Positions 1 to 9,538 of a stretch of DNA of 64,000 bases are shown in pieces (position 1 is the stretch's first letter; each line of letters begins with the position of its first letter). The position numbers and the translations under genes are program-made. The notes under the pieces were generated by a model. It was not told the origin of the DNA and searched no databases. It worked only from the letters and a program-made list of their open reading frames with translations. Origin of the DNA: an uncultured Acidobacteriota bacterium (lineage in GTDB: Bacteria; Acidobacteriota; Vicinamibacteria; Vicinamibacterales; UBA8438); assembly GCA_913043225.1 (NCBI GenBank), contig CAJWLU010000003.1:32001-96000 (forward strand). Direction: 5' to 3'.

Positions 1-215
1 ATGCTGCGTCGCGTCAAGTTGTTGTTCTTGAGCGACCGAAAGCCCTTGTCGTGCATAAACTGGAGCTGATCAACCAGGTCCTGACTGGCGTGGCGCTGGA
101 ATATGCCGGCATGGGGGTAGTCGAGTCCGAACGGCGATCCGGCACTGGTCTGCCAGGCAGCCGGGCGGGTGGCCGCCAGTCCGACAACCGGTTGGAGAAA
201 CCGTCGTCACTGCGT
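1..215 (-). pseudogene. Decayed 5' part of a Tat-exported hydroxypyruvate isomerase/xylose isomerase-like TIM-barrel gene (runs off window edge)
   Basis: Manual translation gives ACG CAG TGA CGA CGG TTT CTC (would be MQRRRFL if ATG and CGA are restored), then ...FGLDYPHAGIFQRHASQDLVDQLQFMHDKGFRSLKNNNL. This resembles the YAPHxGMF...DQLxFMxDxGFxxLEDN start of the family. Absent from the ORF track. Confidence 0.6.
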
Positions 216-328
216 GTTTGTGGAGCCCCCTGTCCTGCGTCGCGAGTCTATTGTGCATCGCAAGGTTGCCGAACGCCCGCTGGGTCACCCTTGACAGCGA
301 TTCTCCGAGCCTCGAAACTCCAGGCACC

Positions 329-1108
329 ATGAGCGAATCGACCCCCCTGGCGGGAAAGACCGGTCTCGTGTTCGGCGTCGCGAACAAGCGGAGCATCGCT
401 TGGGCCATTGCGCAGGCCTGGGCCGAGGCCGGCGCGAACCTGATCTTTAACTACCAGGGCGAGCGGCTCCGGGGCAACCTCGAGCAGCTGACCTCGACGT
501 TCGGCGAGGACGTGCCGATGTATCCCTGCGATGTCAGCAGCGACCAGGAGATCGACGCGTTCTTCGAGCGAGTGCGGTCGCACACCGACCGGGTCGACCT
601 GCTGTTGCATGCGGTGGCGTTTGCCCCGAAGGAGGCGCTCGAGGGCGATTTTCTGGGCACTACCCGCGAAGCGTTCGCCGCCTCTCACGACATCAGCGCC
701 TATTCGTTGGTGGCGTTGTCCCAGCGGGCCGCACCGTTGATGACTGCCGGCGGCAGCATCATAGCCATGAGCTACTACGGCGCCGAGAAGGTCGTCCCGC
801 ACTACAACGTCATGGGGGTCGCGAAAGCGAGTCTTGAGGCGTCGACCCGCTATCTGGCCCGTGATCTTGGCGAGCGGCAGATCCGGGTGAATTGCATCAG
901 CGCCGGACCGGTGCAGACGCTGGCGGCGCGTGGTATCTCGGGCTTCACCACTATGCTCAACCACTACAAAGAGCATGCGCCGCTCAAGCGGAGTTGCGAC
1001 CCGGTCGAGCTGGGCAAGACCGGTGTGTTTCTGGCCAGCGATGGCGCCGCCGCCATCACCGGGCAAACCATCTACGTGGACGGCGGCTACCAGATTATGG
1101 GGATGTGA
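329..1108 (+). CDS. fabI: Enoyl-ACP reductase FabI
   Basis: GVANKRSIAWAIA, YNVMGVAKASLE, RVNCISAGPVQTLAA and YVDGG motifs; ATG at 329. Confidence 0.95.
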   Translation: MSESTPLAGKTGLVFGVANKRSIAWAIAQAWAEAGANLIFNYQGERLRGNLEQLTSTFGEDVPMYPCDVSSDQEIDAFFERVRSHTDRVDLLLHAVAFAPKEALEGDFLGTTREAFAASHDISAYSLVALSQRAAPLMTAGGSIIAMSYYGAEKVVPHYNVMGVAKASLEASTRYLARDLGERQIRVNCISAGPVQTLAARGISGFTTMLNHYKEHAPLKRSCDPVELGKTGVFLASDGAAAITGQTIYVDGGYQIMGM

Positions 1109-1110
1109 TT

Positions 1111-2118
1111 ATGAGCATGCGTGTTCTCCTCTCGGTATCGGCGGTAGGTTTGTTCTTGGGCGTGGCGGCGCCCGCCGCCGCGCTGTGCCACCCTGACGGC
1201 GACGTGGAGTTCATCTGTGGACCGGTTAGTCCCGAGGACCTCGTGCTGGTGCCCGATTCGCCGTGGGTGATCGCGGCCGGTATGGAGGACGACGGCTATC
1301 TCTATGCCATCGATCGACGGGATCTCAGCGTCGTGTCGCTGTTTCCCTCGGCCAGTTATCGCGCGAAACCGGATCCCCTCTACAGCGGGTGTTCACGCAT
1401 GGTGACCGGTGGTTTCCGGCCCCACGGTCTTAGCCTCCGGGCGGGCGCCGGAGGTAGACACACCCTGTATGTCGTGCGCCACGGCGCCCGGGAAGCGATC
1501 GAAGTGTTCGAGCTCAATGCTCGGCCCGGTGTGCCGGCCCTGACCTGGCAAGGCTGCGCGGAGGCGCCCGACGGCGTGACCTTTAACTCGGTGACCGCGC
1601 TCCCAGAGCAGGGGTTTGCCGCGACGCACTTCAACCGTCCCGAGGGAGAGTTGTGGGAGTGGGCGCCCGGCGATGGGTGGACTGAGGTGCCCGGAAGTAC
1701 CTGGAACGGCCCCAACGGTTTGGTATCGTCGCCGGACGGAGCGTGGTTCTACATCGGTGGGTGGGGAACCAACTCGCTGGTGCGGCTCTCGAGAGGGCGG
1801 ACGCCGGTCGAGGTAGATACCGTGGAGGTTGGATTCCACATCGACAATGTGCGCTGGGCCCCCGACGGCTCGCTGCTGGCGGCAGGGCACCACTGGGATG
1901 ACGATGCCGCCTTGGGCCGGTGTCTCCAGCAGGGTGACTGCGACGGCGTGACCTCGCGAGTGGCCCGGGTGGACCCCGAGACCCTCAGCGCCGAGGAGAT
2001 CGTCCGTTATCCCTCGAACGACTACTTCCTGTTCGGCACCGTGGGACTGCAGGTCGGCGACGAGGTCTGGGTCGGCAGCATCGCCGGCTCGAACCGGATT
2101 GCCCGATTCCGCCGGTAG
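1111..2118 (+). CDS. Exported SMP-30/gluconolactonase/paraoxonase-like six-bladed beta-propeller
   Basis: Signal peptide; PEDL, PHGL, NGPNGL and HIDNVRW motifs. Confidence 0.75.
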   Translation: MSMRVLLSVSAVGLFLGVAAPAAALCHPDGDVEFICGPVSPEDLVLVPDSPWVIAAGMEDDGYLYAIDRRDLSVVSLFPSASYRAKPDPLYSGCSRMVTGGFRPHGLSLRAGAGGRHTLYVVRHGAREAIEVFELNARPGVPALTWQGCAEAPDGVTFNSVTALPEQGFAATHFNRPEGELWEWAPGDGWTEVPGSTWNGPNGLVSSPDGAWFYIGGWGTNSLVRLSRGRTPVEVDTVEVGFHIDNVRWAPDGSLLAAGHHWDDDAALGRCLQQGDCDGVTSRVARVDPETLSAEEIVRYPSNDYFLFGTVGLQVGDEVWVGSIAGSNRIARFRR

Positions 2119-2168
2119 CTGCCGGTAGCCGGTATGGACGTCCAACCGGCTAACTTACGGGCACTTGG
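2118..2168. repeat. REP-like palindromic repeat, copy 1
   Basis: GCTGCCGGTAGCCGGTA-x-GGCTAaCTTACGGGCACtTGG; stem TAGCCGGT/ACCGGCTA; matches 40138-40187. Confidence 0.65.
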
Positions 2169-2322
2169 CTGTACCCGCGGGGGTCGAGTGCCTCGGTGCC
2201 GAGGGGACTAAGTGCCTTCGCTGTTCCACAGTCTAGAGCCCACGTCCGGAACGGCGGGGTTCGTCCTTGTCCCCGCCTCTACTTCCCGTTAGGCTTACGA
2301 TCCCACTCGCGAGAGGACAGAG

Positions 2323-2787
2323 ATGGCCAAGGTCACAATCACCGTCAACGGCAAGACCCGTGCGGCGGAGGTCGAGCCGCGCATGCTGCTCGTGCACTTC
2401 CTGCGGGAACAGCTCAATCTCACCGGTACCCACGTGGGCTGCGATACCAGTCAGTGCGGCGCCTGCACCGTGCTCATCGATGGTCGGAGCGCCAAGTCGT
2501 GCACCGTGTTCGCCGTGCAGGCGGATGGGTCCGAGGTCACGACGATCGAGGGCCTCGCCGTTGCCGACGAGCTGCATCCGCTGCAGAACGGGTTCTGGGA
2601 GGAGCACGGACTGCAGTGCGGCTATTGCACGCCTGGCATGATCATGTCGGCCGCGAATTTGCTGCAGGACAATCCGTCGCCTAGTGAGGAGGAGATCCGA
2701 CACGGACTTGATGGCAACCTATGCCGGTGCACGGGTTATCAGCATATCGTCAACGCCGTGCAGCATGCGGCCGGGACCAAGGAGTAA
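2323..2787 (+). CDS. coxS: 2Fe-2S small subunit, CoxS/CutS family
   Basis: [20 protein letters not shown] and NLCRCTGY motifs. Confidence 0.9.
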   Translation: MAKVTITVNGKTRAAEVEPRMLLVHFLREQLNLTGTHVGCDTSQCGACTVLIDGRSAKSCTVFAVQADGSEVTTIEGLAVADELHPLQNGFWEEHGLQCGYCTPGMIMSAANLLQDNPSPSEEEIRHGLDGNLCRCTGYQHIVNAVQHAAGTKE

Positions 2788-2790
2788 CCG

Positions 2791-5166
2791 ATGGCGGCAT
2801 CACCAGTACTGCCGAAGTTGGTCGGGACCCGCGTCAAGCGCCGCGAGGATCCGAGGCTGATCCAGGGTAAGGCCACCTACGTCGATGACGTTAAGCTCGT
2901 GGGCATGTTGCACGTCGCCTTCAAGCGGAGCGACGTGGCTCACGGTCAGATCACCAACGTCGATACGAGCGCGGCTGCCGGTATGCCCGGCGTCGAGGCG
3001 GTCTATACCGGCGCCCAGATTGCCGAGTTCGTCGGGCCGATGCCGATCGGCACGCCATTCCCGTCACCCGATCACCATCCCGTGGCCGTGGACACGGTCC
3101 GCTATGTGGGTGAACCGGTGGCCGTGGTAGTGGCAACCGATCGCTACCTGGCGCGGGATGCGGCCGACGCTGTCGTCGTTGACTACAAGATGCTACCGGC
3201 GGTGGTCGATCCAGAGAAGGCCATGACCGGGGAGCCAGCGCAGATTCACGCTGACTTCGAGAACAACCTCGCGGTGGACTCCCTGCCGAGCGGCACCGGC
3301 GTGTCCGCCGATCTGCAGACGGTCGACAGCAGCGCCGTAGACGAGGCCTTCGCCAAGGCCGAGCAAGAAGGCGTCGTGGTGTCGCAGCGGATGGTCAACC
3401 AGCGGCTAGCCCCGACGGCGATGGAGCCGAGGGGGGTCGTGGCGCACTACGAGCCTGGCAAGGACTCGATGACCATCTGGTCGTCGACACAGAACCCCCA
3501 CATCCTGCGTACGTTCATTGCCGGGATGAACGGGATGGGGCAGGACCAGGTGCGGGCGATCGCGCCTGAAGTCGGCGGTGGGTTCGGCGCCAAGATCAAC
3601 ATTTACGGCGAGGAGTACGTCGTCGCTGGTGTCTCCAAACAGCTCGGCGTACCGGTCAAGTGGGCCGAGGATCGCTCGGAGGCTTTCCTGGCCACCATCC
3701 ATGGACGCGGCATCACCGGCTACATTGACATTGCCGCGAAGAAGGACGGCAAGGTGCTGGGGATGAAGCTACGCCTCATCGCTGACATCGGCGCCTACAA
3801 TATGTTGCTTACGGCGGCGATCCCGACCCTGACCACGTTGATGGCGAACGCCACCTACGACATCCCTGCCATCCGCACCACGCTGTACGAGGTGTTCACG
3901 AATAAGACGCCGACCGACGCCTACCGCGGAGCCGGACGTCCCGAGGCGACCTACTTCGTCGAGCGCGGCATGGACATGCTCGCGCGTGAGCTCGGCATGG
4001 ACCCCGGCGAGGTGCGGCGACGGAACTTCATTCAACCGGACCAGTTCCCCTACGCCACCCAGATGGGGGCGGTCTACGACTCGGGCGACTACGCGAAGGC
4101 GCTCGACAAGGCGCTGGAAGCAGCGAATTGGGATCAGCTCAAGGCCGAGCGTGATGCGGCCCGGGCCGAGGGCCGGCTCGTCGGGATCGGCCTGGCGATG
4201 TATGTCGAGGTGTGCGGTCTCGGACCGTCGGCCTCACTGCCGACCGGAGGCTGGGAACATGGGCAGGTGACCATCGAGCGTGACGGTCGTATCAGCGCCA
4301 CCACCGGGGCGTCACCGCATGGTCAGGGTAACGAGACCACCTTCGGCCAGATGCTTGCCGACCAGTTCGGCGTGCCGCTCGAGCACGTCACCATCCACCA
4401 CGGTGACACCGGCGTGGTGAAGCAGGGCATCGGTACCTTCGGCAGCCGCTCTCAGGCGGTGGGGGGCACCGTCCTCCACATGGCGGGCGAGAAGGTCAAG
4501 GCGAAGATGGCCAAGTTCGCGGCCGCTCTGCTGGAGGTGCACGAAGACGACCTCGAGTTCGGCGACGGCAAGATCTCGGTCAAGGGCTCGCCCGACTCGA
4601 GCAAGACCATCGCCGAGGTCGCTGCCTACGCCTATGTGCCGGTGCCGCTGCCCGAGGGGCTGACCCCCGGTCTCAGCGAGGAAGCGTTCTGGGAGCCGGC
4701 CAACAACACCTATCCATTCGGGTGTCACATCTCGCTGCTCGAGATCGACCGGGACACCGGCGAGCCGACGTTGCTTAAGCTGGTGGCGGTTGACGACGCC
4801 GGCAACCTCATCAACCCGCTCATTGTCGAGGGGCAGATCCACGGCGGTCTGGCCCAGGGCGTTGGCCAGGCCATGATCGAAGAAGTGGCCTACGGCGATG
4901 ATGGGCAGCCGCTGACCGCTTCGTTCATGGACTACGCCATTCCGCGCGCGGCCGACCTGCCGCGGTTCGAGCTCTCGGCCACCGTGACCCCGACCCCGGT
5001 CAATCCGCTTGGGGCAAAGGGCGTCGGTGAAGCCGGCACCCTGGGCTCGACCCCGTGCATCGTCTCGGCCGCCGTCGACGCGTTGTCCGAGTTCGGAGAG
5101 AAGCATGTCGACATGATGCTGCGGCCCGAGAAGCTGTGGCAGATCATCAACGGAGGACAGTCGTGA
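2791..5166 (+). CDS. coxL: Molybdopterin large subunit, xanthine dehydrogenase family (form II CoxL-like)
   Basis: GGGFGAK, AYRGAGRPEA, GTFGSRS and KGVGEAG motifs. Confidence 0.88.
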   Translation: MAASPVLPKLVGTRVKRREDPRLIQGKATYVDDVKLVGMLHVAFKRSDVAHGQITNVDTSAAAGMPGVEAVYTGAQIAEFVGPMPIGTPFPSPDHHPVAVDTVRYVGEPVAVVVATDRYLARDAADAVVVDYKMLPAVVDPEKAMTGEPAQIHADFENNLAVDSLPSGTGVSADLQTVDSSAVDEAFAKAEQEGVVVSQRMVNQRLAPTAMEPRGVVAHYEPGKDSMTIWSSTQNPHILRTFIAGMNGMGQDQVRAIAPEVGGGFGAKINIYGEEYVVAGVSKQLGVPVKWAEDRSEAFLATIHGRGITGYIDIAAKKDGKVLGMKLRLIADIGAYNMLLTAAIPTLTTLMANATYDIPAIRTTLYEVFTNKTPTDAYRGAGRPEATYFVERGMDMLARELGMDPGEVRRRNFIQPDQFPYATQMGAVYDSGDYAKALDKALEAANWDQLKAERDAARAEGRLVGIGLAMYVEVCGLGPSASLPTGGWEHGQVTIERDGRISATTGASPHGQGNETTFGQMLADQFGVPLEHVTIHHGDTGVVKQGIGTFGSRSQAVGGTVLHMAGEKVKAKMAKFAAALLEVHEDDLEFGDGKISVKGSPDSSKTIAEVAAYAYVPVPLPEGLTPGLSEEAFWEPANNTYPFGCHISLLEIDRDTGEPTLLKLVAVDDAGNLINPLIVEGQIHGGLAQGVGQAMIEEVAYGDDGQPLTASFMDYAIPRAADLPRFELSATVTPTPVNPLGAKGVGEAGTLGSTPCIVSAAVDALSEFGEKHVDMMLRPEKLWQIINGGQS

Positions 5167-6017
5167 TTCCGTCCGCATTCGACTACGCACGGGCAACCTC
5201 GGTTGAGGACGCCGTCGCCAAGCTGGCCGAGGCTGGCGGCGCGGCCAAGCTGCTGGCCGGTGGGCACAGCCTGGTACCGATGATGAAGCTGCGGCTCAAT
5301 GAGCCGTCGACACTGATCGACATCGCGCGGATCCCTGGACTCTCCGGAATCCGGGCCGATGGTGACGCCATCGAGGTGGGGGCGGCGACAGTGCACCACG
5401 AAGTCGCGACCTCCGACCTGCTCGCCGAACAGTGTCCCGCGCTCGCCGAGACCGCGGCAGCCATTGGCGACCCACAGGTGCGGAACCGCGGCACGCTCGG
5501 AGGCAGTCTGGCCCACGCCGACCCGGCCGCCGACTACCCCGCGGTCCTGCTCGCACTCGATGCGAGCGTGCAGCTGCAGGGGGCCAACGGTACGCGCAGC
5601 GTCAACGCGTCAAATTTCTTCCAGGGCCTGTTCACGGTCGACCTGGGCGCCGACGAGATCATCACGGGCATCCGGTTCGCTCCGGCCAAGGTGGCCGCCT
5701 ACGCCAAGCTCTACCAGAGGGCGTCCCGGTTCGCCATCGTCGGTGTGGCCGCGGCGCTTGAGGTGACTGACGGCAAGATCTCGTCCGCGAGACTCGGCCT
5801 GACCGGCGCGTCGACGCACGCGACTCGCATGAGCGCGTCCGAAGCGGCGCTGGTGGGCACCGACGCCACGGCCGAGGCGACCGCCGAGGCGCTGGGCGAC
5901 CCGGGCGCCGGGATCGAGGATGTGAACGACGATCTGCACGCCAGCGAGGGGTATCGCCGGGCGATGGTGTCGGTGTTCACGCGCCGCGCCGTGGCCGCCG
6001 CGCTGGCCCGCGCGTAG
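5163..6017 (+). CDS. coxM: FAD-binding medium subunit, CoxM/CutM family
   Basis: LLAGGHSLVP and QVRNRGTLGGSLAHADP; GTG start overlaps the coxL stop. Confidence 0.88.
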   Translation: MIPSAFDYARATSVEDAVAKLAEAGGAAKLLAGGHSLVPMMKLRLNEPSTLIDIARIPGLSGIRADGDAIEVGAATVHHEVATSDLLAEQCPALAETAAAIGDPQVRNRGTLGGSLAHADPAADYPAVLLALDASVQLQGANGTRSVNASNFFQGLFTVDLGADEIITGIRFAPAKVAAYAKLYQRASRFAIVGVAAALEVTDGKISSARLGLTGASTHATRMSASEAALVGTDATAEATAEALGDPGAGIEDVNDDLHASEGYRRAMVSVFTRRAVAAALARA

Positions 6018-6169
6018 GCAGGTGTGTAGATTTCCCGGCGATCCGCTCGTGTGGACAGCGTTGCTCGGTCGGTCACAGCCCACCTGGCTGCCCCTTCCTC
6101 GCGCCTTGCCACACGGACGGCTTGCCTGGAAACCACCGCTTCGGGCCGTACCGGCTTGTCGCCGCCCCG

Positions 6170-6186
6170 TTGGCACTGCGGCAGCA
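6170..6186 (+). promoter_or_regulatory. Possible sigma-54 (-24/-12) promoter
   Basis: TTGGCACTGCGGCAGCA has GG-N10-GC spacing and a perfect -24 element but an imperfect -12; about 45 nt before the CDS at 6231. Confidence 0.25.
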
Positions 6187-6230
6187 CCTGTGTAACGATC
6201 TGGTGATCTGTTGACGGTTTCGTGGAGTAA

Positions 6231-7058
6231 TTGAAGATGACAAGACGGTTGTGCGCGCTCGTTGGCGCAGCGGCGTTGATCCTGACCCTGGCTCCGTCCG
6301 GGGCGTTGGCGCAGGGAGACATCCCGCGCGCGTTTGATGGCAATCCGGACCTGAACGGGGTCTGGCAGGTGATCGGGACCGCCCACTGGGACCTCCAGGA
6401 CCACCCGGCTGGTCCGGGGCTGCCCGATATGGGCGCGATCGGCGCGATTCCGCCCGGTCAGGGCGTGGTCGTGGGCAACACCATTCCGTATCGACCCGAG
6501 GCACTTGAGCAGAAGCAGGGCAACTTCGAGAACCGGTTCACGGACGATCCGGAGATCAAGTGCTTCATGCCGGGCGTGCCCCGGGCGACCTATCTGCCCT
6601 ATCCGTTCCGCATCATCCAGGGCGACAAAAAGATCATGTTCATCTACGGGTTCTCCGATGCGAACCGGACGGTGCACATGGACAAGGAGAACCCGGAGCC
6701 CGCGCCTATCGACTCGTACATGGGACGCTCGCACGGGAGCTGGGATGGCGAATCGTTGGTCGTCGACGTGGCTGGCTTCAACGGGGAGTCCTGGTTTGAC
6801 CGCGCCGGCAATTTCGCCAGCAATACCTTGCACGTGGTGGAGCGTTACACGCCGATCAATGCCAACGCGTTGATGTACGAGGCGACCATCGAGGATCCGG
6901 CCGTGTTCACCGAGCCGTGGACCATCCGGATGCCGCTTTATCGTCGTCTCGAGGCAAACGCCCAGGTGCTCGAGTTTAAGTGTGTCGAGTACTCGGAGGA
7001 TCTGCTCTACGGACATCTGCGCCGTGAGCCGACCCGCCCGGCGCCGGAAGATCGGTAG
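6231..7058 (+). CDS. Exported uncharacterised protein, PDLxGxW/WxGDxLVV family (divergent member)
   Basis: Signal peptide; PDLNGVW, IKCF, GSWDGESLVVD and LEFKC motifs. Confidence 0.8.
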   Translation: MKMTRRLCALVGAAALILTLAPSGALAQGDIPRAFDGNPDLNGVWQVIGTAHWDLQDHPAGPGLPDMGAIGAIPPGQGVVVGNTIPYRPEALEQKQGNFENRFTDDPEIKCFMPGVPRATYLPYPFRIIQGDKKIMFIYGFSDANRTVHMDKENPEPAPIDSYMGRSHGSWDGESLVVDVAGFNGESWFDRAGNFASNTLHVVERYTPINANALMYEATIEDPAVFTEPWTIRMPLYRRLEANAQVLEFKCVEYSEDLLYGHLRREPTRPAPEDR

Positions 7059-7125
7059 ACGAACCCGGTCGCGGCCGCGAAGCGGGTAGAATCGGGGAAG
7101 ACTACGAAGGTAGCGAGGTAGGACG

Positions 7126-7560
7126 ATGCGAAAGACGATAGCCACAGTGGTAGCCGGGATCGGACTCGGCGTGCTCGTGACCGGAGCGGCCGTGCAGGCG
7201 CACCACGCGTTTGCGGCGGAGTTCGATGCGGACAAGCCGGTCCGGCTCAGAGGCACCATCACCAAGATGGAGTGGATCAACCCGCACTCGTGGATCCACA
7301 TGGACGTCGAGAACGATGCCGGTGGCGTCGATAGCTGGATGATCGAGGCTGGGCCCCCGGGGGCGCTGGTGCGCCGCGGCTGGTCGAAGCAGTCGGTCAC
7401 GCCCGGCATCGAGATTCTCGTTGAGGGCTATCAGGCGATCGACAGCGCGTTCCGGGCCAACGGCCGCGACGTGACACTGCCCGACGGCCGCCGTCTGTTC
7501 GCCGGTTCGTCCGGCACCGGCGCGCCGCGTGACGGTAGCGACCCGACCGAACCCGAATAG
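7126..7560 (+). CDS. DUF6152-family exported protein
   Basis: AVQA-HHAFAAEFD, WINPHSW and W-x-x-E-x-G-P-P motifs. Confidence 0.8.
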   Translation: MRKTIATVVAGIGLGVLVTGAAVQAHHAFAAEFDADKPVRLRGTITKMEWINPHSWIHMDVENDAGGVDSWMIEAGPPGALVRRGWSKQSVTPGIEILVEGYQAIDSAFRANGRDVTLPDGRRLFAGSSGTGAPRDGSDPTEPE

Positions 7561-7565
7561 GGTCC

Positions 7566-7773
7566 CGTTCACGGCGTTTTTCGACTTTCGGCGGTGGGAA
7601 CCACGGAGATGTGGCCTCACCGCCGTTTCTCGATCTGGGAATTGGCAGAAAGTCGGCCTAAAGAAGCGGGCTTTGTGGAACGAAGCCTGCAGGGCGAGCA
7701 AGGCGCGCCCTGCGGCGTGGCTCGGGGCGAAGGGGGTCCCACTAACGCCGCGAGGGGCTTGGGGCGAAGCCCC
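7566..7773. repeat. Highly structured intergenic element with multiple inverted repeats (MITE/REP-like or structured RNA)
   Basis: Stems CGACTTTC/GAAAGTCG, GGCGGTG/CACCGCC, GCAGGGCG/CGCCCTGC, GCGGCGT/ACGCCGC and GGGGCTT/AAGCCCC. Confidence 0.5.
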
Positions 7774-7790
7774 ATGGATGGAGGACAGTC

Positions 7791-9515
7791 ATGAGTGACA
7801 GACGATTGATTCTGGCCGTACTCGCGGGAGCGTTGCTCGTCAGCCCGGCCGCCGCGAGCGCCGCCGACTATCACCACGTCCACCTGACCGCGTCCAACGC
7901 CACCGAGGCGATCGGCTGGTACTCGCGGCATCTGGACTGCGAGCCGTTGTCAGATCGTGACGACGGCGTGGAGTGCGACGGAGTACAGATCGTCTTCGAC
8001 TCGACGCCGACGCTTGGCAGCAGCCAGCGGACCGGCATCGATCACCTCTCGTTCTCCTATGAGGATCTGACCGCCAAGATGGCGGAGCTCGAGGGCGTCG
8101 GCGTTGGGGGCCGCGGCGTGCGGTTGCAGAGGTTCGACGACGGGGCGACGCTGCGCGACGTGCAAGGTCTCTTCAAGTACGGGTTCATCTTCGACCCCTG
8201 GGGAACCCGTATCGAGCTGGTCGAAGACAGCGACACCCTCGGGTTCCACCACATCCACCTTGCATCGACCGACCCCGAGGCGACGCTGGACTGGTATCAG
8301 CAGACCTTCGGCGGTGAGCGCGCCCAGCTCAGGGACATGCTCGATGGGGTGATGCTGAACGACATCTGGCTGCTGGCGATGGAGCACACGGAAGGCCAGC
8401 CGGCCGCCACCGCCGGTCGCGCTATCGACCACATTGCGTTCGAGGTGGACGACCTCGACGCGCTGACCGGTCAGCTGCAGGGCGCCGGCATCTCGATCCT
8501 CGAGGCGCCCGGCGTGCCCGAGGGTGGCCGCACCGCGGCTCGGCGGGCGTTCGTGTCCGGGCCGGACAATGTGAGCCTGGCGCTGGTCGAGGCCGGGTTT
8601 GCGGGCGTGGACGTGGCCGTCGACCATGGCACCGACATCACCACCGAGCAGGTGGAGAACTACACCGTGCCCAGAACCCCATGGGGCGACCCGGACCTGC
8701 AGGCGGTCTGGACCGGTGACGCCGCGCACGGGATCCCGCTGGAGCGGCCAGAAGAGCTGTCCGACTCCGATGTGCTGACGCCGGAGCAGGCGGCGGCGCG
8801 TCGGGAGCGCGGCACGCTCGGCAGCATCTGGGGCTACGAGTCGGAGTGGCGTGACACGACGCTCGGCTATGTGAAGTCTGCGCCGTCGCGGCAGGTGGCC
8901 ATGGTCATCGATCCGCCGGACGGTCGCATTCCGCCGATGACGCCAGAGGCCCTGGCCGCTCGCAACGCCAACCGTCGCGACATGTCCGGGCGGACGCCGG
9001 TGGCTGGCCCCGAGGATCTGAGCATCTTCGTGCGCTGCATCACGCGCGGGCAGGTGCCGTCGCCGGGCATCTACAACAACGGCCTGCAGATCGTGCAAGG
9101 ACCGGGGTATGTGGCGATCACGCAGGAGATGATTCACGAGACCCGCATCATCCCGACGACGCCGACGCCGAGGCCCGGTCCGGATGTGACGGCGTATCGG
9201 GGGTACTCCCGGGGGCGCTGGGAGGGTGACACCCTGGTGGTGGAGATCACCAACTTCAACGAGGGGGGGTCGTATCGTGGTTCCAGCCCGGATCTGGTCA
9301 TGACCGAGCGCTACACTCGCACCAGCCCAGACACGCTGCAGTATGCGTTCACGATGGACGACCCGTCGGTGTGGACGCAGCCCTGGACCGCCACCTTCAC
9401 CTTCGTCCGTGACGAGACCCAGTACGAGCTGGTCGAGTATGCGTGCCACGAGGGCAACTACGGCATGCCCAACATCCTGAGTGGCGCGCGGGCACGCGAG
9501 GCCGACGGTCAGTAG
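7791..9515 (+). CDS. Exported protein: two VOC (glyoxalase-like) modules fused to an EYACHEGNY-family domain, paralogue 1
   Basis: Signal peptide; HHVHL...DPWGTRIELVE and FHHIHL...IDHIAF; C-terminal PDLQAVW...EYACHEGNY; GGAGG RBS. Confidence 0.85.
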   Translation: MSDRRLILAVLAGALLVSPAAASAADYHHVHLTASNATEAIGWYSRHLDCEPLSDRDDGVECDGVQIVFDSTPTLGSSQRTGIDHLSFSYEDLTAKMAELEGVGVGGRGVRLQRFDDGATLRDVQGLFKYGFIFDPWGTRIELVEDSDTLGFHHIHLASTDPEATLDWYQQTFGGERAQLRDMLDGVMLNDIWLLAMEHTEGQPAATAGRAIDHIAFEVDDLDALTGQLQGAGISILEAPGVPEGGRTAARRAFVSGPDNVSLALVEAGFAGVDVAVDHGTDITTEQVENYTVPRTPWGDPDLQAVWTGDAAHGIPLERPEELSDSDVLTPEQAAARRERGTLGSIWGYESEWRDTTLGYVKSAPSRQVAMVIDPPDGRIPPMTPEALAARNANRRDMSGRTPVAGPEDLSIFVRCITRGQVPSPGIYNNGLQIVQGPGYVAITQEMIHETRIIPTTPTPRPGPDVTAYRGYSRGRWEGDTLVVEITNFNEGGSYRGSSPDLVMTERYTRTSPDTLQYAFTMDDPSVWTQPWTATFTFVRDETQYELVEYACHEGNYGMPNILSGARAREADGQ

Positions 9516-9538
9516 GCAGATCCGGAAAGGAAATCCAG

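Noticed and set aside
2791..5166. Evidence for aerobic CO oxidation
   Set aside because: Lacks the form I AYxCSFR motif and the accessory genes
5610..7409. 599-aa minus-strand ORF, and similar long antisense ORFs (7950-9449, 15552-17177, 37590-39206)
   Set aside because: Shadow ORFs of high-GC coding sequence that overlap well-supported genes and carry no recognisable motifs
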